Below, piece after piece: positions 27,659-36,959 of a stretch of DNA of 64,000 nt. The stretch's first letter is position 1, and every line of letters starts with the position of its first letter. The stretch is taken from the NCBI GenBank assembly GCA_023256355.1, contig JAGDXJ010000021.1, positions 1,255 through 65,254 on the forward strand. The letters run 5' to 3'. The translations under genes and the position numbers were made by a program. The stretch comes from Nitrososphaerales archaeon (GTDB taxonomy: Archaea; Thermoproteota; Nitrososphaeria; Conexivisphaerales; UBA164). Below the pieces are notes generated by a model. It was not told the DNA's origin. It saw only the letters and a list, made by a program, of their open reading frames with translations, and did no database searches.

Positions 27659-29218
27659 TATACCAGTTATTTTACCTATACCTCTAGCTTTACCCTCTCT
27701 GAAAACAAAAGTGTCTCCTTCATTTATAACGATGGGTCTGTACTTTAGCTGAAAAACTACGCTTCCAAATTCACCTGTTTTAAGAAACGGAGGTTGTGAG
27801 CTTATTATTTTAGCCACCTCCTTTATTGTATTTAACTGTATGACTGGTTCATACCCTATCTTAATCAATGTTGGGTGATGCAAAACTCTTATGTCGGCCT
27901 TAAATCTCCAGACAGCTTTTACTGATCTTAAATCACTTGTAAGTATCATTCCGCTTTTAATTTCTTCCGGTGAAATCCTGTTTAGTGCTATAGTAACATA
28001 TTCCCCAGCATAAGCCGAATTAACAGGTACGCGATTTTTATAGATAGAAAATGCGTTTATTTTTTTAAATGAACCATCAGCCATAGGTCCTATGAATAGC
28101 TCTTCGTTTTCTTTTATAATGCCTGTGTTTATTAATCCGCTTATAACGGTTCCTACACCAGCAACTCTAAATATATCGTCTATATAAAGCATGAACTTTT
28201 CGCTTCTTCTTTCTTCCCAGTTTATTCTTTTGGGTAAAAAGTTCATGAACTTCTTTAAAAGATCAAGGCCTTCTCCGGTTTTGTTAGATACTATAAATAT
28301 AGGAACTATTCTTCCGTTAGCTATATTTTTAGACGCTACAATTAAATCAGACTCATCTTTTATCATAAAAGGTATTTTATCAATTCCTGGCATCTTCAGC
28401 ATCTTTATAACTTCATTTATGCTCATTTCCGCTACTGGCTTTGGAGCCATATCTACTTTTGTAAACACTATTATGATCGGGATTTTTAGAGCTACAGATA
28501 TTCCCAGGTGTTCTTTAAAAGTACCAATTGGTCCGCTACTCAAAGAAACAACTAACATATTATAATCTGGTAGATTACCCATTATACCTTTAAGAGTAGT
28601 TTTAAAATACTTCTCATGCCCAGCTAGATCAATGAGATATATGATTTTGTTACTCTTTAGATAAATTTCTGATTCGTTATAGTTCTGTAATATATCGTTT
28701 ACAAGTCTTCCTTCTGAATCGTAACCAATAATATGAACAGATACAGAAGAAGTTCTTCTCATCTTTATTTCGTGTAAATACCTCGCAACCAGAGACATAG
28801 CATATCCGTTACCATTATCTAGTGTTGAGAAAGTTAGAACCCCCTTTAAAGTTGATTTGCCTGCGTCTACGTTTCCCAAAAGAGCTACAGAAACTTCTAA
28901 TGGAGGATAATTCCTTATTCTTCTAACGTAAACTTCTGCTATTGCCCCTTTTTCGCCCATGACCGTTCTGATTATTTGCATGTTAGCTCCTGCTTTTTGG
29001 GCGATTATCTTTAGGTTATTTAAAGAATTGCTTAGCTCTTGATCAGAAAGACCCACAGGTTGGCCATCGTCAGAAAGACCAACGATATAAAAGGCTTCAC
29101 CATGTCCTTCATTTAACCTGTAAAGCATCTGTGCCGCCAGCCGTTCAGCTTTTTCTTCTGTTAGTCTTTCAAGTAGAAGTTTGTACTCGATGTTTCCTTC
29201 GTCACTTTCTTTATCCAT
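27650..29218 (-). CDS. GTPBP1-family translational-type GTPase (EF-1alpha-like)
   Basis: EGNIEYK N-terminus, G1 GNVDAGKST, G3 DLAGHE, G4 TKVD, followed by beta-barrel domains. Confidence 0.8.
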   Translation of the reverse strand: MDKESDEGNIEYKLLLERLTEEKAERLAAQMLYRLNEGHGEAFYIVGLSDDGQPVGLSDQELSNSLNNLKIIAQKAGANMQIIRTVMGEKGAIAEVYVRRIRNYPPLEVSVALLGNVDAGKSTLKGVLTFSTLDNGNGYAMSLVARYLHEIKMRRTSSVSVHIIGYDSEGRLVNDILQNYNESEIYLKSNKIIYLIDLAGHEKYFKTTLKGIMGNLPDYNMLVVSLSSGPIGTFKEHLGISVALKIPIIIVFTKVDMAPKPVAEMSINEVIKMLKMPGIDKIPFMIKDESDLIVASKNIANGRIVPIFIVSNKTGEGLDLLKKFMNFLPKRINWEERRSEKFMLYIDDIFRVAGVGTVISGLINTGIIKENEELFIGPMADGSFKKINAFSIYKNRVPVNSAYAGEYVTIALNRISPEEIKSGMILTSDLRSVKAVWRFKADIRVLHHPTLIKIGYEPVIQLNTIKEVAKIISSQPPFLKTGEFGSVVFQLKYRPIVINEGDTFVFREGKARGIGKITGILN

Positions 29219-29220
29219 TT

Positions 29221-29742
29221 TTAATACTTTATATTTTTATATAAATCCTTTAGTATTAAGGATTTTCTCCAACTTTCTTCAGCATATTTTCTTTGCTGTG
29301 GTTTTACTTCGCCAACTACTTTAGCTGGGTTGCCCATGACCATGCTGTTTTCTGGTATAATCATATACTGAGGGACTAGACTTCCTGCCGCAATAAAGCT
29401 GCCTCTTCCTATGCGTGCATTTTCAAGTATGATAGAACCTGCGCCTATGACGCTTCCTTCTTCTATTATTGCTCCTTCTAGTATTGAACCTTTACCTATT
29501 GTTACTTTTTTGCCTATAATACAGGCACTTTCGTCTGGTTTTATCAGAACTCCATCAAGAACGCTGCTGTATTCGCCAAGTTCTATCGTATTAGAATCGC
29601 CCCTTAAAACAGAATAAAACCATACGCTGGCGTTTTCTTTTATCCTTACATCGCCTATTATCAAAGCTGTGTTAGAAACATAACTAGAAGAATGAACAAA
29701 AGGTTTTTTCCCTTCAAATTCTAGAACAGTCATAGATATCAT
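29221..29742 (-). CDS. Gamma-class carbonic anhydrase-like hexapeptide-repeat protein
   Basis: Left-handed beta-helix hexapeptide repeats and the VLRGD motif. Confidence 0.8.
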   Translation of the reverse strand: MISMTVLEFEGKKPFVHSSSYVSNTALIIGDVRIKENASVWFYSVLRGDSNTIELGEYSSVLDGVLIKPDESACIIGKKVTIGKGSILEGAIIEEGSVIGAGSIILENARIGRGSFIAAGSLVPQYMIIPENSMVMGNPAKVVGEVKPQQRKYAEESWRKSLILKDLYKNIKY

Positions 29743-29800
29743 TTATTAACTGGCATTAAATTAACATATCCAAAAATACTATAATTTTGGGGGAAAAGCT

Positions 29801-30577
29801 TTGTTAGATGATGATATCATTCAAAATCTCATTGATAAGTTTCAAGACAAAACCATAATTTATACAGGATGCAACGTTAAAAAAATTAATTTCAGTTTTT
29901 GTTATAATGATGTGGTTATATTTCCTTCTGATTTATCTCCAACAATTTTTGATGAGAAAAACAAAATTATAATTTATGGATTGCAGGAAGAAAAATCATT
30001 ATTCAAAGAAGAAGCTATTCCCATTTATGACCCTAATTTTAAATATAATTTGGTGATAGCAGAAAATAAATCAACTTTAATTAAAAAGGTTTTAGGAAAT
30101 TCATTAAAAAAATCAATAAGGCATCTATCAGAGTTTTCTTCTTTAGGCTCTGTATCTTTTTACGCTTCTGTGGCAAGACTTATTGAACCAGCAGTGATAA
30201 TTACCGGTACAAGTTTGAGTCCATCACATATATTTAACCAAGTCGTCAAAGAAAATTCTGAAATATTAAAACAAATTTTTGAGATCCTGCAGATTGACTC
30301 AAACATAGGTTCTATTTTAAGAAGAAGAGCTGAGACATTAGCGTTTCTTATGGATAAAAGCAATTCTAAAATTTTTTTAATGAAAATCTATCAGCTTATG
30401 GATAATAAAAGAGAGTTAGAAGCAAGCGTGTATTTTTTTCACGAGCTTTCAAAATTAGAAGGAAAAAAACTCAAAGCATTTTCAAAGGACTTTAAGTTTG
30501 GAGAAATACCCGAGAAAAAGAAAAATGAAGCAGTTGAGTTAATTAAAATGTTAACACAAAAGTTAAACGACTTCTAG
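29801..30577 (+). CDS. Hypothetical protein
   Basis: ORF only (TTG start). No recognisable motif. Confidence 0.35.
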   Translation: MLDDDIIQNLIDKFQDKTIIYTGCNVKKINFSFCYNDVVIFPSDLSPTIFDEKNKIIIYGLQEEKSLFKEEAIPIYDPNFKYNLVIAENKSTLIKKVLGNSLKKSIRHLSEFSSLGSVSFYASVARLIEPAVIITGTSLSPSHIFNQVVKENSEILKQIFEILQIDSNIGSILRRRAETLAFLMDKSNSKIFLMKIYQLMDNKRELEASVYFFHELSKLEGKKLKAFSKDFKFGEIPEKKKNEAVELIKMLTQKLNDF

Positions 30578-31897
30578 TTTTTCTTTAAGCAAGCTTCCTC
30601 CTTCTTCTTCGTAAAGGCTTTCTAACTCCTGTCTTTTGCGTGCGAGGTAATATTTTCCGTCAGAGGTTCTGTAGACTATTGCTGGTTTTACCTGGCTGTG
30701 AAACGGCATGTTAAAAACAACAGAATAAGCGCCAACGTTCTTTATCACCACAAGCTTACCCGTTTCAGCTCCATCAAGCCTAGATTCTGAACCAACCTGA
30801 AAAACATCCATAGAATCGCACAGCCTGCCAGCCACTATAGGTTTTTCTTCATTAGTCTCATTACCTCCAACTACTTCCAGAGGATAAACCTGCTGAAGCA
30901 AAGCGATGTCCAGCAAATAGTGATAACCAGCGTCTAAATATATTATTTTTTTATTCCCATAATATTTTGAATTAACTATTTTTGAAACCATAACTGTAGA
31001 CTCTGCAACTACATATCTACCAGATTCGACAACTAAAGCAAAGAAGTCACCGTTGACATCAACCAGTTCATTTATTTTATCTATAACTGTTTTAACTATA
31101 TCATCTGGCGAAGGAACTTTTACTCCGTAATTTACTGGTGTCCCTCCACCTATGTCTAGAAAATTAATCTTAAATTCTCTTTCTTTTTTAACCTTTAATA
31201 TAAGCTGTTTGATCTTTTCCAGCGCTTGTAGATAAGCGTTAGGATCTTCAAGCTGGGAACCTAGGTGAAAATGGAATCCCCCAAACTTAACGTTTGGTTC
31301 ATCCAGCAATATTTTTACCATTTTATATGCCGATTCTGGATTGGTTCCGTTAAGAGGCACCCCAAATTTGCTTACTTTCATAGCTGATCTTACCTCAGCT
31401 CTTACCTGAACTTCAGGATTAACTCTTATGCTTATCTCAGGTGTTATGTTGAGCATTTTTCCAGCTTCGATCGCGTTGTACAGTCCTCTCATAGAACTTA
31501 CAACAATTTTTCTGATTCCCTTAGACATGACGTTTCTGTATTCTTCTTCCATTTCAGTAACACTGGTGTAAATGACATTTTCCGGTTTTCCACCCGATTT
31601 TAAAAGAAAGTAAAGCTCTTCCGGCGAAGTTACGTCAAAATAGCTGTCCAACTTACTAAGGTAATTTAAAATAAAAGGATTAAAGTTCGCTTTAACCGAA
31701 TAAGCTATTAACGAAGGTCCTCTGTAAATAGAATACGCTTGTTTTAATTTACTATAATTTTTACCTATTTTTTGTTCATCAGTCAGATAATAAGGCGTTC
31801 CAACTTTCTCTGCAAGATAGTTTAAAAGTTGTTCATCATAAGTAGATTGTGTAAACGCTGTTTTCTCTTCTTTATAAAGAAGACTGATTTTTTCCAT
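30563..31897 (-). CDS. PLP-dependent Orn/DAP/Arg decarboxylase family (LysA-like)
   Basis: Alanine-racemase-fold N-domain with YSVKAN (PLP lysine), HFHLGSQ, DIGGG and a C-terminal beta-barrel. Confidence 0.75.
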   Translation of the reverse strand: MEKISLLYKEEKTAFTQSTYDEQLLNYLAEKVGTPYYLTDEQKIGKNYSKLKQAYSIYRGPSLIAYSVKANFNPFILNYLSKLDSYFDVTSPEELYFLLKSGGKPENVIYTSVTEMEEEYRNVMSKGIRKIVVSSMRGLYNAIEAGKMLNITPEISIRVNPEVQVRAEVRSAMKVSKFGVPLNGTNPESAYKMVKILLDEPNVKFGGFHFHLGSQLEDPNAYLQALEKIKQLILKVKKEREFKINFLDIGGGTPVNYGVKVPSPDDIVKTVIDKINELVDVNGDFFALVVESGRYVVAESTVMVSKIVNSKYYGNKKIIYLDAGYHYLLDIALLQQVYPLEVVGGNETNEEKPIVAGRLCDSMDVFQVGSESRLDGAETGKLVVIKNVGAYSVVFNMPFHSQVKPAIVYRTSDGKYYLARKRQELESLYEEEGGSLLKEKLEVV

Positions 31898-32019
31898 TTT
31901 ATTATTTGTATAATCCTTTCCATTATCCCTTTTTAAACTTATCTGTATAAAATTTCAATCATTTGACAAAATTAAATTTTACAAGTTAAAAAAAGTAAAC
32001 AAAAATAAAAAGGTGTTTT

Positions 32020-32382
32020 CTAGCTTGCAGCAGAAACTGGCACATAAATATACCTACCGCTTATACCGCCAACTATTTTGATGTATCCTTTTTCTCTGAG
32101 CTGTTCGAGGAAATCTTTTGCTACGCTAACTTTAACGCCTGTTGATTTTGAAAGTTGATAAGGTGTTATAAACGGCATATCTTTGATTATTCTCATAACA
32201 TCGTTATCGCTTAAAGTCATTATAAATTCTGATTTAGACTTGTTTCTTTCTTCTGCTTTATCTTTTTTCTTTTTCTCTAATAGTCCCTGTTTTCTAAGCT
32301 CTTCTCTCATCTGTTCTTTTTCTATAGCCGCAAGTGTCTTTTTCTTATTCCCTCCCATATGTTTATTTCGTTTTAATCGCAT
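32020..32382 (-). CDS. rps25e: 30S ribosomal protein S25e
   Basis: Lys-rich N-terminus followed by a winged helix (ITPYQLSKSTGVKVSVAKDFLEQLREKGYIK). The start is probably the internal MGGNKKK. Confidence 0.75.
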   Translation of the reverse strand: MRLKRNKHMGGNKKKTLAAIEKEQMREELRKQGLLEKKKKDKAEERNKSKSEFIMTLSDNDVMRIIKDMPFITPYQLSKSTGVKVSVAKDFLEQLREKGYIKIVGGISGRYIYVPVSAAS

Positions 32383-32433
32383 TAAAAACTTTTTCGAAAG
32401 ATCTTTTGATCTTTTAAATAAGTACCTAAAGAG

Positions 32434-33663
32434 CTATTCTTTTTGCTGTAAAAGTGATGGTGAAACTTTTGCCCAACCTATAACTGTAATGATGTTAGTT
32501 GTAATTATTATTAACGATGCAATAGTAACTATGTAATGTGCCATAGGCAGAGAATAATACAAGGCCAAAGATGCTAGAACTGCAGGCGTTAATCCCTGTG
32601 CCATCATAACATAATACGCTTTTTCGTACTTTTTATTCTTGGTAGAAAGCTTAACTGCTATATATCTAGAGCTGAGCAGGATGACCAGCAAAATTCCTAG
32701 ATAAACGTAAGTTAAGAGCGAAAACAGCTTATCGACAAAAAACACAAGTCCTATAAAAAAGAAGAAATACGTTCTTAAAAAGAACGTGATTTCTTTCTGA
32801 AACATTTTTATGTAATTCACTTGAAGATCTAAAATCTGTTCATTTGCATTTGCCCTAAAAAGGTTTAGAAACGTTTTGTTGTTCATCAGCACGATGCCAA
32901 AAGTTAATACTCCCAGAATAGCGCTGCCGTTTATAAAAGACAGAAAAGCATAAAGCGCAAGCGTATAGCCAATGGTTGCTATATAAAAGAACTCTTCTGT
33001 CCAGAAATGTCTCGCAAATTCTATCCACACAAGGGCTGCAATAAACCCAATTACGATGCCTATGCTGATTTGAGAAACTAAGGAACTCATTATATTTTCA
33101 AAACCGTTTATGCTAAAAGGTATGGACTGCAAAAATGAGTTTAAGCCAAATGTAAACAGAACAATTAAAATCACGCTGTTAAGGCTAGATTCAAGGGTGA
33201 TGTTTGTGAAAAAATCTTCTGCTTTAAGGCTTTTTGCCAAATAAGGCACGACGGCCGTCGTAGTCTCACCGCCTATTACTGTTGAAAGGAAAAATGAAGA
33301 ATAATTACTCCAGCCAAATAAATATTTGAAAATGATGAAGGTCAGCAATATAGAGAGAGAAACATAGATCAACGTTCTAATAGCGGCGCTTCCACCTTCC
33401 TTCAAAAGATCATCAATCATGAAGCTCATTCCTAATTCGAGCATTATCATAGCCAAAGTAAGCTGAGATAAATAAGGAAGTATTTCCACGATTATTGAAT
33501 AAGGAAAAATTCCAAAGATGGGTCCAAAGAGAATGCCTATCAGTATAAGGAAAATATACTCTGAGAAACCTGTTTTTCTGAAAAACATTTCGCCAAAGAA
33601 ACCTATGAATATTAGTCCAGCGGTTATAAAAAAGATTGAAATATAGGAAAGCGCATAACTCAT
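32434..33663 (-). CDS. Monovalent cation:proton antiporter (CPA family)
   Basis: Polytopic membrane protein of 409 aa with a Na+/H+ exchanger-like N-terminal pattern. Confidence 0.65.
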   Translation of the reverse strand: MSYALSYISIFFITAGLIFIGFFGEMFFRKTGFSEYIFLILIGILFGPIFGIFPYSIIVEILPYLSQLTLAMIMLELGMSFMIDDLLKEGGSAAIRTLIYVSLSILLTFIIFKYLFGWSNYSSFFLSTVIGGETTTAVVPYLAKSLKAEDFFTNITLESSLNSVILIVLFTFGLNSFLQSIPFSINGFENIMSSLVSQISIGIVIGFIAALVWIEFARHFWTEEFFYIATIGYTLALYAFLSFINGSAILGVLTFGIVLMNNKTFLNLFRANANEQILDLQVNYIKMFQKEITFFLRTYFFFFIGLVFFVDKLFSLLTYVYLGILLVILLSSRYIAVKLSTKNKKYEKAYYVMMAQGLTPAVLASLALYYSLPMAHYIVTIASLIIITTNIITVIGWAKVSPSLLQQKE

Positions 33664-33703
33664 ACGATTAGTTTTTAAAAGTATTAGTATTTAAAATTTA
33701 CAG

Positions 33704-34825
33704 ATGTTGTCTAGCTTAGAGGAAGATCTTATAAATAATTTTAACGCATGTGATAGATGTTTAAAACGATTTATAAAGAAACCAGAGAAAACGCATTTAA
33801 AAAAATCAGAAAAAAATAGAAAGAACTGCAAGCTTTGTGGAGGGCTGCTTAATGATGTTAGAATACAGAAATCCGTTTTTATGAAAATCAGCACATATAA
33901 ATGCAGAACCTTTAAGGTAGGAGTCCGTTTACCGCAATCTTTGCAGAAACTTGAAAACGACCTCGCTTTAAAATATGGGCTTTTAGATTATATTCCTCTT
34001 AGAAAAGCAGTTAAAGAGAGGATCTCAAACTATCTAAAAAGAAAATTAGGCTTAAAACTAGCCAATTCACCGGATTTAAGTATAATCGTAGAAATAGGTG
34101 AACATGAAAATATGGTTTATGTTAATGAGAAAAGGGCAATTTACAGAATCAATTTTATCAAAAAGAGAGGAGCTAAAGTTTTTGCAGAAAAATGTGACAA
34201 GTGTGATGGGAATGGCTGTGAAGCGTGCAGGTGGACAGGGAAGAAAAAAGATGAATCTTTTGAATCTTATCTTATATACGATTTGCCTCAGAAGCTTAAA
34301 GCTTCACAGCCAGAAATTATATGGCCAATAAAAGATATGTCAGAATTAGAATTCTCTGGCAACGGGTTTCCGATTTACATGATATTTAAGAGCATAAAAG
34401 AAAGATCAAACGCACCTTTAATTATTAGTTTTGATATAAACAAAGAAATTAAAATAGTAAGTTTTTATGAAATCAAAGGACATTTGAGTTTAAACAAGCC
34501 ATTTTTACTTGAAGGAGATTTATGTATAAGATCTAGAACAGGATGCGATGCTGCTAAAATAGAAAAGCTATACAAACTTGAAAGGATCGATATTGAAGGT
34601 AAAAATATGTCAAAAATATGGGAAAAACATGTGAAAATTAGGAGAGTTTTTAAAAAAGATGATTATTGTTGCATTGACGGAGAGTTTGAGAGTGGAATAA
34701 ATTATTACAATCTCCTAGGCATCAGAGAAAGTATAAACGATAAATATATACTTAATAAGCCTTTTGAAAAAGAGGAAATAGCAGCATTTTTACTGGATTT
34801 AAGGCGTGTAAATCTGCCTGATTAA
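33704..34825 (+). CDS. Pus10-like protein (N-terminal zinc ribbon; catalytic motif not evident)
   Basis: CDRCLKRF...CKLCGG, as at the Pus10 N-terminus. An internal DnaJ-like CDKCDGNGCEACRWTG is present. I cannot find the GRED(V)D...GRPF pseudouridine synthase motif (nearest match KDMSELEFSGNGFPI). Confidence 0.4.
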   Translation: MLSSLEEDLINNFNACDRCLKRFIKKPEKTHLKKSEKNRKNCKLCGGLLNDVRIQKSVFMKISTYKCRTFKVGVRLPQSLQKLENDLALKYGLLDYIPLRKAVKERISNYLKRKLGLKLANSPDLSIIVEIGEHENMVYVNEKRAIYRINFIKKRGAKVFAEKCDKCDGNGCEACRWTGKKKDESFESYLIYDLPQKLKASQPEIIWPIKDMSELEFSGNGFPIYMIFKSIKERSNAPLIISFDINKEIKIVSFYEIKGHLSLNKPFLLEGDLCIRSRTGCDAAKIEKLYKLERIDIEGKNMSKIWEKHVKIRRVFKKDDYCCIDGEFESGINYYNLLGIRESINDKYILNKPFEKEEIAAFLLDLRRVNLPD

Positions 34826-35629
34826 AGTGTTTAGCTGCCCTAAACATATGAACATAGCTTCTTCTGTTCTAACAGTTTTAACCTTTTGTCCCTCTATCAT
34901 GTTAAGCCAAAAACCTGTGTTTTTATATTTGTCTTCTAGCATTTCCTCTAGTCCTCTTTTGGGAGAACCAAAAAATATTTCGAACCTTCTTTTATCTTTA
35001 AATTCCTTTTTCAGGTTTTCCCACTCGCTTGAAATAGGTTTTCCCTCTTTTGAGGTAAAAATTACAGATCCGTTAGATTGAAACGCTTTATCTAATGCTT
35101 GCTTGATGTTAAACAGCTTTATAACTTCAAAACCAGAGTACTCTGGGAAAGGGTGTTTTATTGCGTAAATCTTTCCCCTTTCCTTGTAAAGCTTTATGGA
35201 TATTATTTTTCCTTTTTCGATGTTTTCTTTAGATTTTAGTTCTACTGGTTCTTCTAATCCAGTTTCTACGTAAAATTTATCACCCTTTACAATCACTAAA
35301 CCAAACCTCAGCTCTTCACTCTTTGTAGTAACATGGCTAGGAATGTTAATCGGCGGTAACATGCCCACGTACTTAAAGTCTTCTTTTAACGGCATAGCAG
35401 CTTTTCTAAGGTATGGTGGCGTTAATATATATCTGAGTAACGAATAAAACAGCTCTAAATCTTCATGTTTGCCATGAACATCATCATGATATATGTTAAG
35501 CTCCTCTACGCCAAATATGGCTGCTGCTCGCGCAACAAGTCCTGCCTTTTCGGTCTTACTCATGAGTCCAGTTCTTTCGCTAAGCACCGAATCCGGCACG
35601 TAAACAGATAATCTGATTTTTTGCATCAA
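34799..35629 (-). CDS. SPOUT-superfamily methyltransferase, DUF171 / SPOUT1-like
   Basis: N-terminal LSVYVPDSVLSE, an OB-like insertion and a C-terminal knot region, typical of archaeal DUF171 proteins. Confidence 0.6.
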   Translation of the reverse strand: MMQKIRLSVYVPDSVLSERTGLMSKTEKAGLVARAAAIFGVEELNIYHDDVHGKHEDLELFYSLLRYILTPPYLRKAAMPLKEDFKYVGMLPPINIPSHVTTKSEELRFGLVIVKGDKFYVETGLEEPVELKSKENIEKGKIISIKLYKERGKIYAIKHPFPEYSGFEVIKLFNIKQALDKAFQSNGSVIFTSKEGKPISSEWENLKKEFKDKRRFEIFFGSPKRGLEEMLEDKYKNTGFWLNMIEGQKVKTVRTEEAMFICLGQLNTLIRQIYTP

Positions 35630-35710
35630 TTTAATAATACTTTCACCATTTTAATTTTTAAGAATATGCTATAAAAAGATTTAAATTATAAACATTTTGA
35701 TAAAAATAAA

Positions 35711-36958
35711 ATGGACGAGTTAATAGAAAAGGCTCTTCTAGCAAGAAAAGCCTGGTATGAGCTTTCTAGAGCACCCGATAATCTTCGAAGAAAAGCGCTA
35801 GAATCAATGTCCCAGGCTTTAGTTGAAAACAAAGAAAAGATAATCGAAGCTAACATTTTAGATGTGAATAAATTTAAAGAAGAAAAACACGACGATCCGC
35901 TTTTAGACAGGCTTATTCTAAATGAAAAACGGTTAAAGTCAGCGGCTGAAGGGTTGAAAAAGATATCTCAATTACCGGACCCTATAGGTGAAGTTGTTGA
36001 AGGCTGGACTACGGTTCACGGCCTTAGAATTCAGAAGGTTCGTGTTCCTATCGGAGTAATAGGTGTGGTTTATGAATCTAGGCCTAACGTTACTATAGAC
36101 ATATCAGGGCTGGCAATAAAGTCTGGAAACGCTGTCCTTTTAAGAGGTGGATCGGAAGCGCTTAATTCAAATAAGGCTATAGTTGATATCTTAAGAGAAA
36201 GCATTAAAGACGTTTTAGATCAAAACGTTATTCAGATTATTGAAAATACTGATAGAAACGTTGTTGATAGAATGCTTAAATTAAACGGTTATTTAGATCT
36301 TTTAATTCCAAGAGGAAGTGCTTCCTTTATCGATTACGTTAGAATGAACGCAACCGTACCAGTAATAGAAACCGGAGCAGGTAACAATCACATATTCGTT
36401 AATTATGATGCTGACCTTGGTATGGCAACCAATATAATAATAAACGCTAAGGTACAAAGGCCCGCAGTTTGCAATGCTGTAAGAAAGGTACTAATACATA
36501 AAGATATAGCAGATAAATATATTCCAATTTTGGTGAACGAACTAAAAAAATACGGCGTAAGCATAAAGGGTGATGAGAAGGTTAGAGCTATAGCACATGA
36601 CGTTATCTTAGCGAAAGATGAAGATTGGGATAAAGAGTACATGGACCTAACTCTGGCAATAAAGATTGTGAGTTCTGTAGAAGAAGCTGTAGAACACATA
36701 AACAAACACGGTACAAAACACTCTGAAGCTATAATAACAAATAACCTGAATGATGCGCAGTATTTTACATGGAACGTCGATGCGGCTTGCACATACGTAA
36801 ATGCATCAATCAGATTTACGGATGGCGAACAGTTTGGATTTGGAGCAGAAGTTGGAATAAGCACTCAAAAGCTTCATGCGCGTGGCCCTATGGGAATTAA
36901 AGAGCTTACAACAACAAAGTACGTTATATTTGGAGAGGGTCAAACGAGGGAAATTTAA
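35711..36958 (+). CDS. proA: Gamma-glutamyl phosphate reductase
   Basis: ALDH-fold protein with VCNAVRKVLIH (catalytic Cys), HGTKHSEAI and the typical ProA length. Confidence 0.9.
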   Translation: MDELIEKALLARKAWYELSRAPDNLRRKALESMSQALVENKEKIIEANILDVNKFKEEKHDDPLLDRLILNEKRLKSAAEGLKKISQLPDPIGEVVEGWTTVHGLRIQKVRVPIGVIGVVYESRPNVTIDISGLAIKSGNAVLLRGGSEALNSNKAIVDILRESIKDVLDQNVIQIIENTDRNVVDRMLKLNGYLDLLIPRGSASFIDYVRMNATVPVIETGAGNNHIFVNYDADLGMATNIIINAKVQRPAVCNAVRKVLIHKDIADKYIPILVNELKKYGVSIKGDEKVRAIAHDVILAKDEDWDKEYMDLTLAIKIVSSVEEAVEHINKHGTKHSEAIITNNLNDAQYFTWNVDAACTYVNASIRFTDGEQFGFGAEVGISTQKLHARGPMGIKELTTTKYVIFGEGQTREI

Positions 36959-36959
36959 A

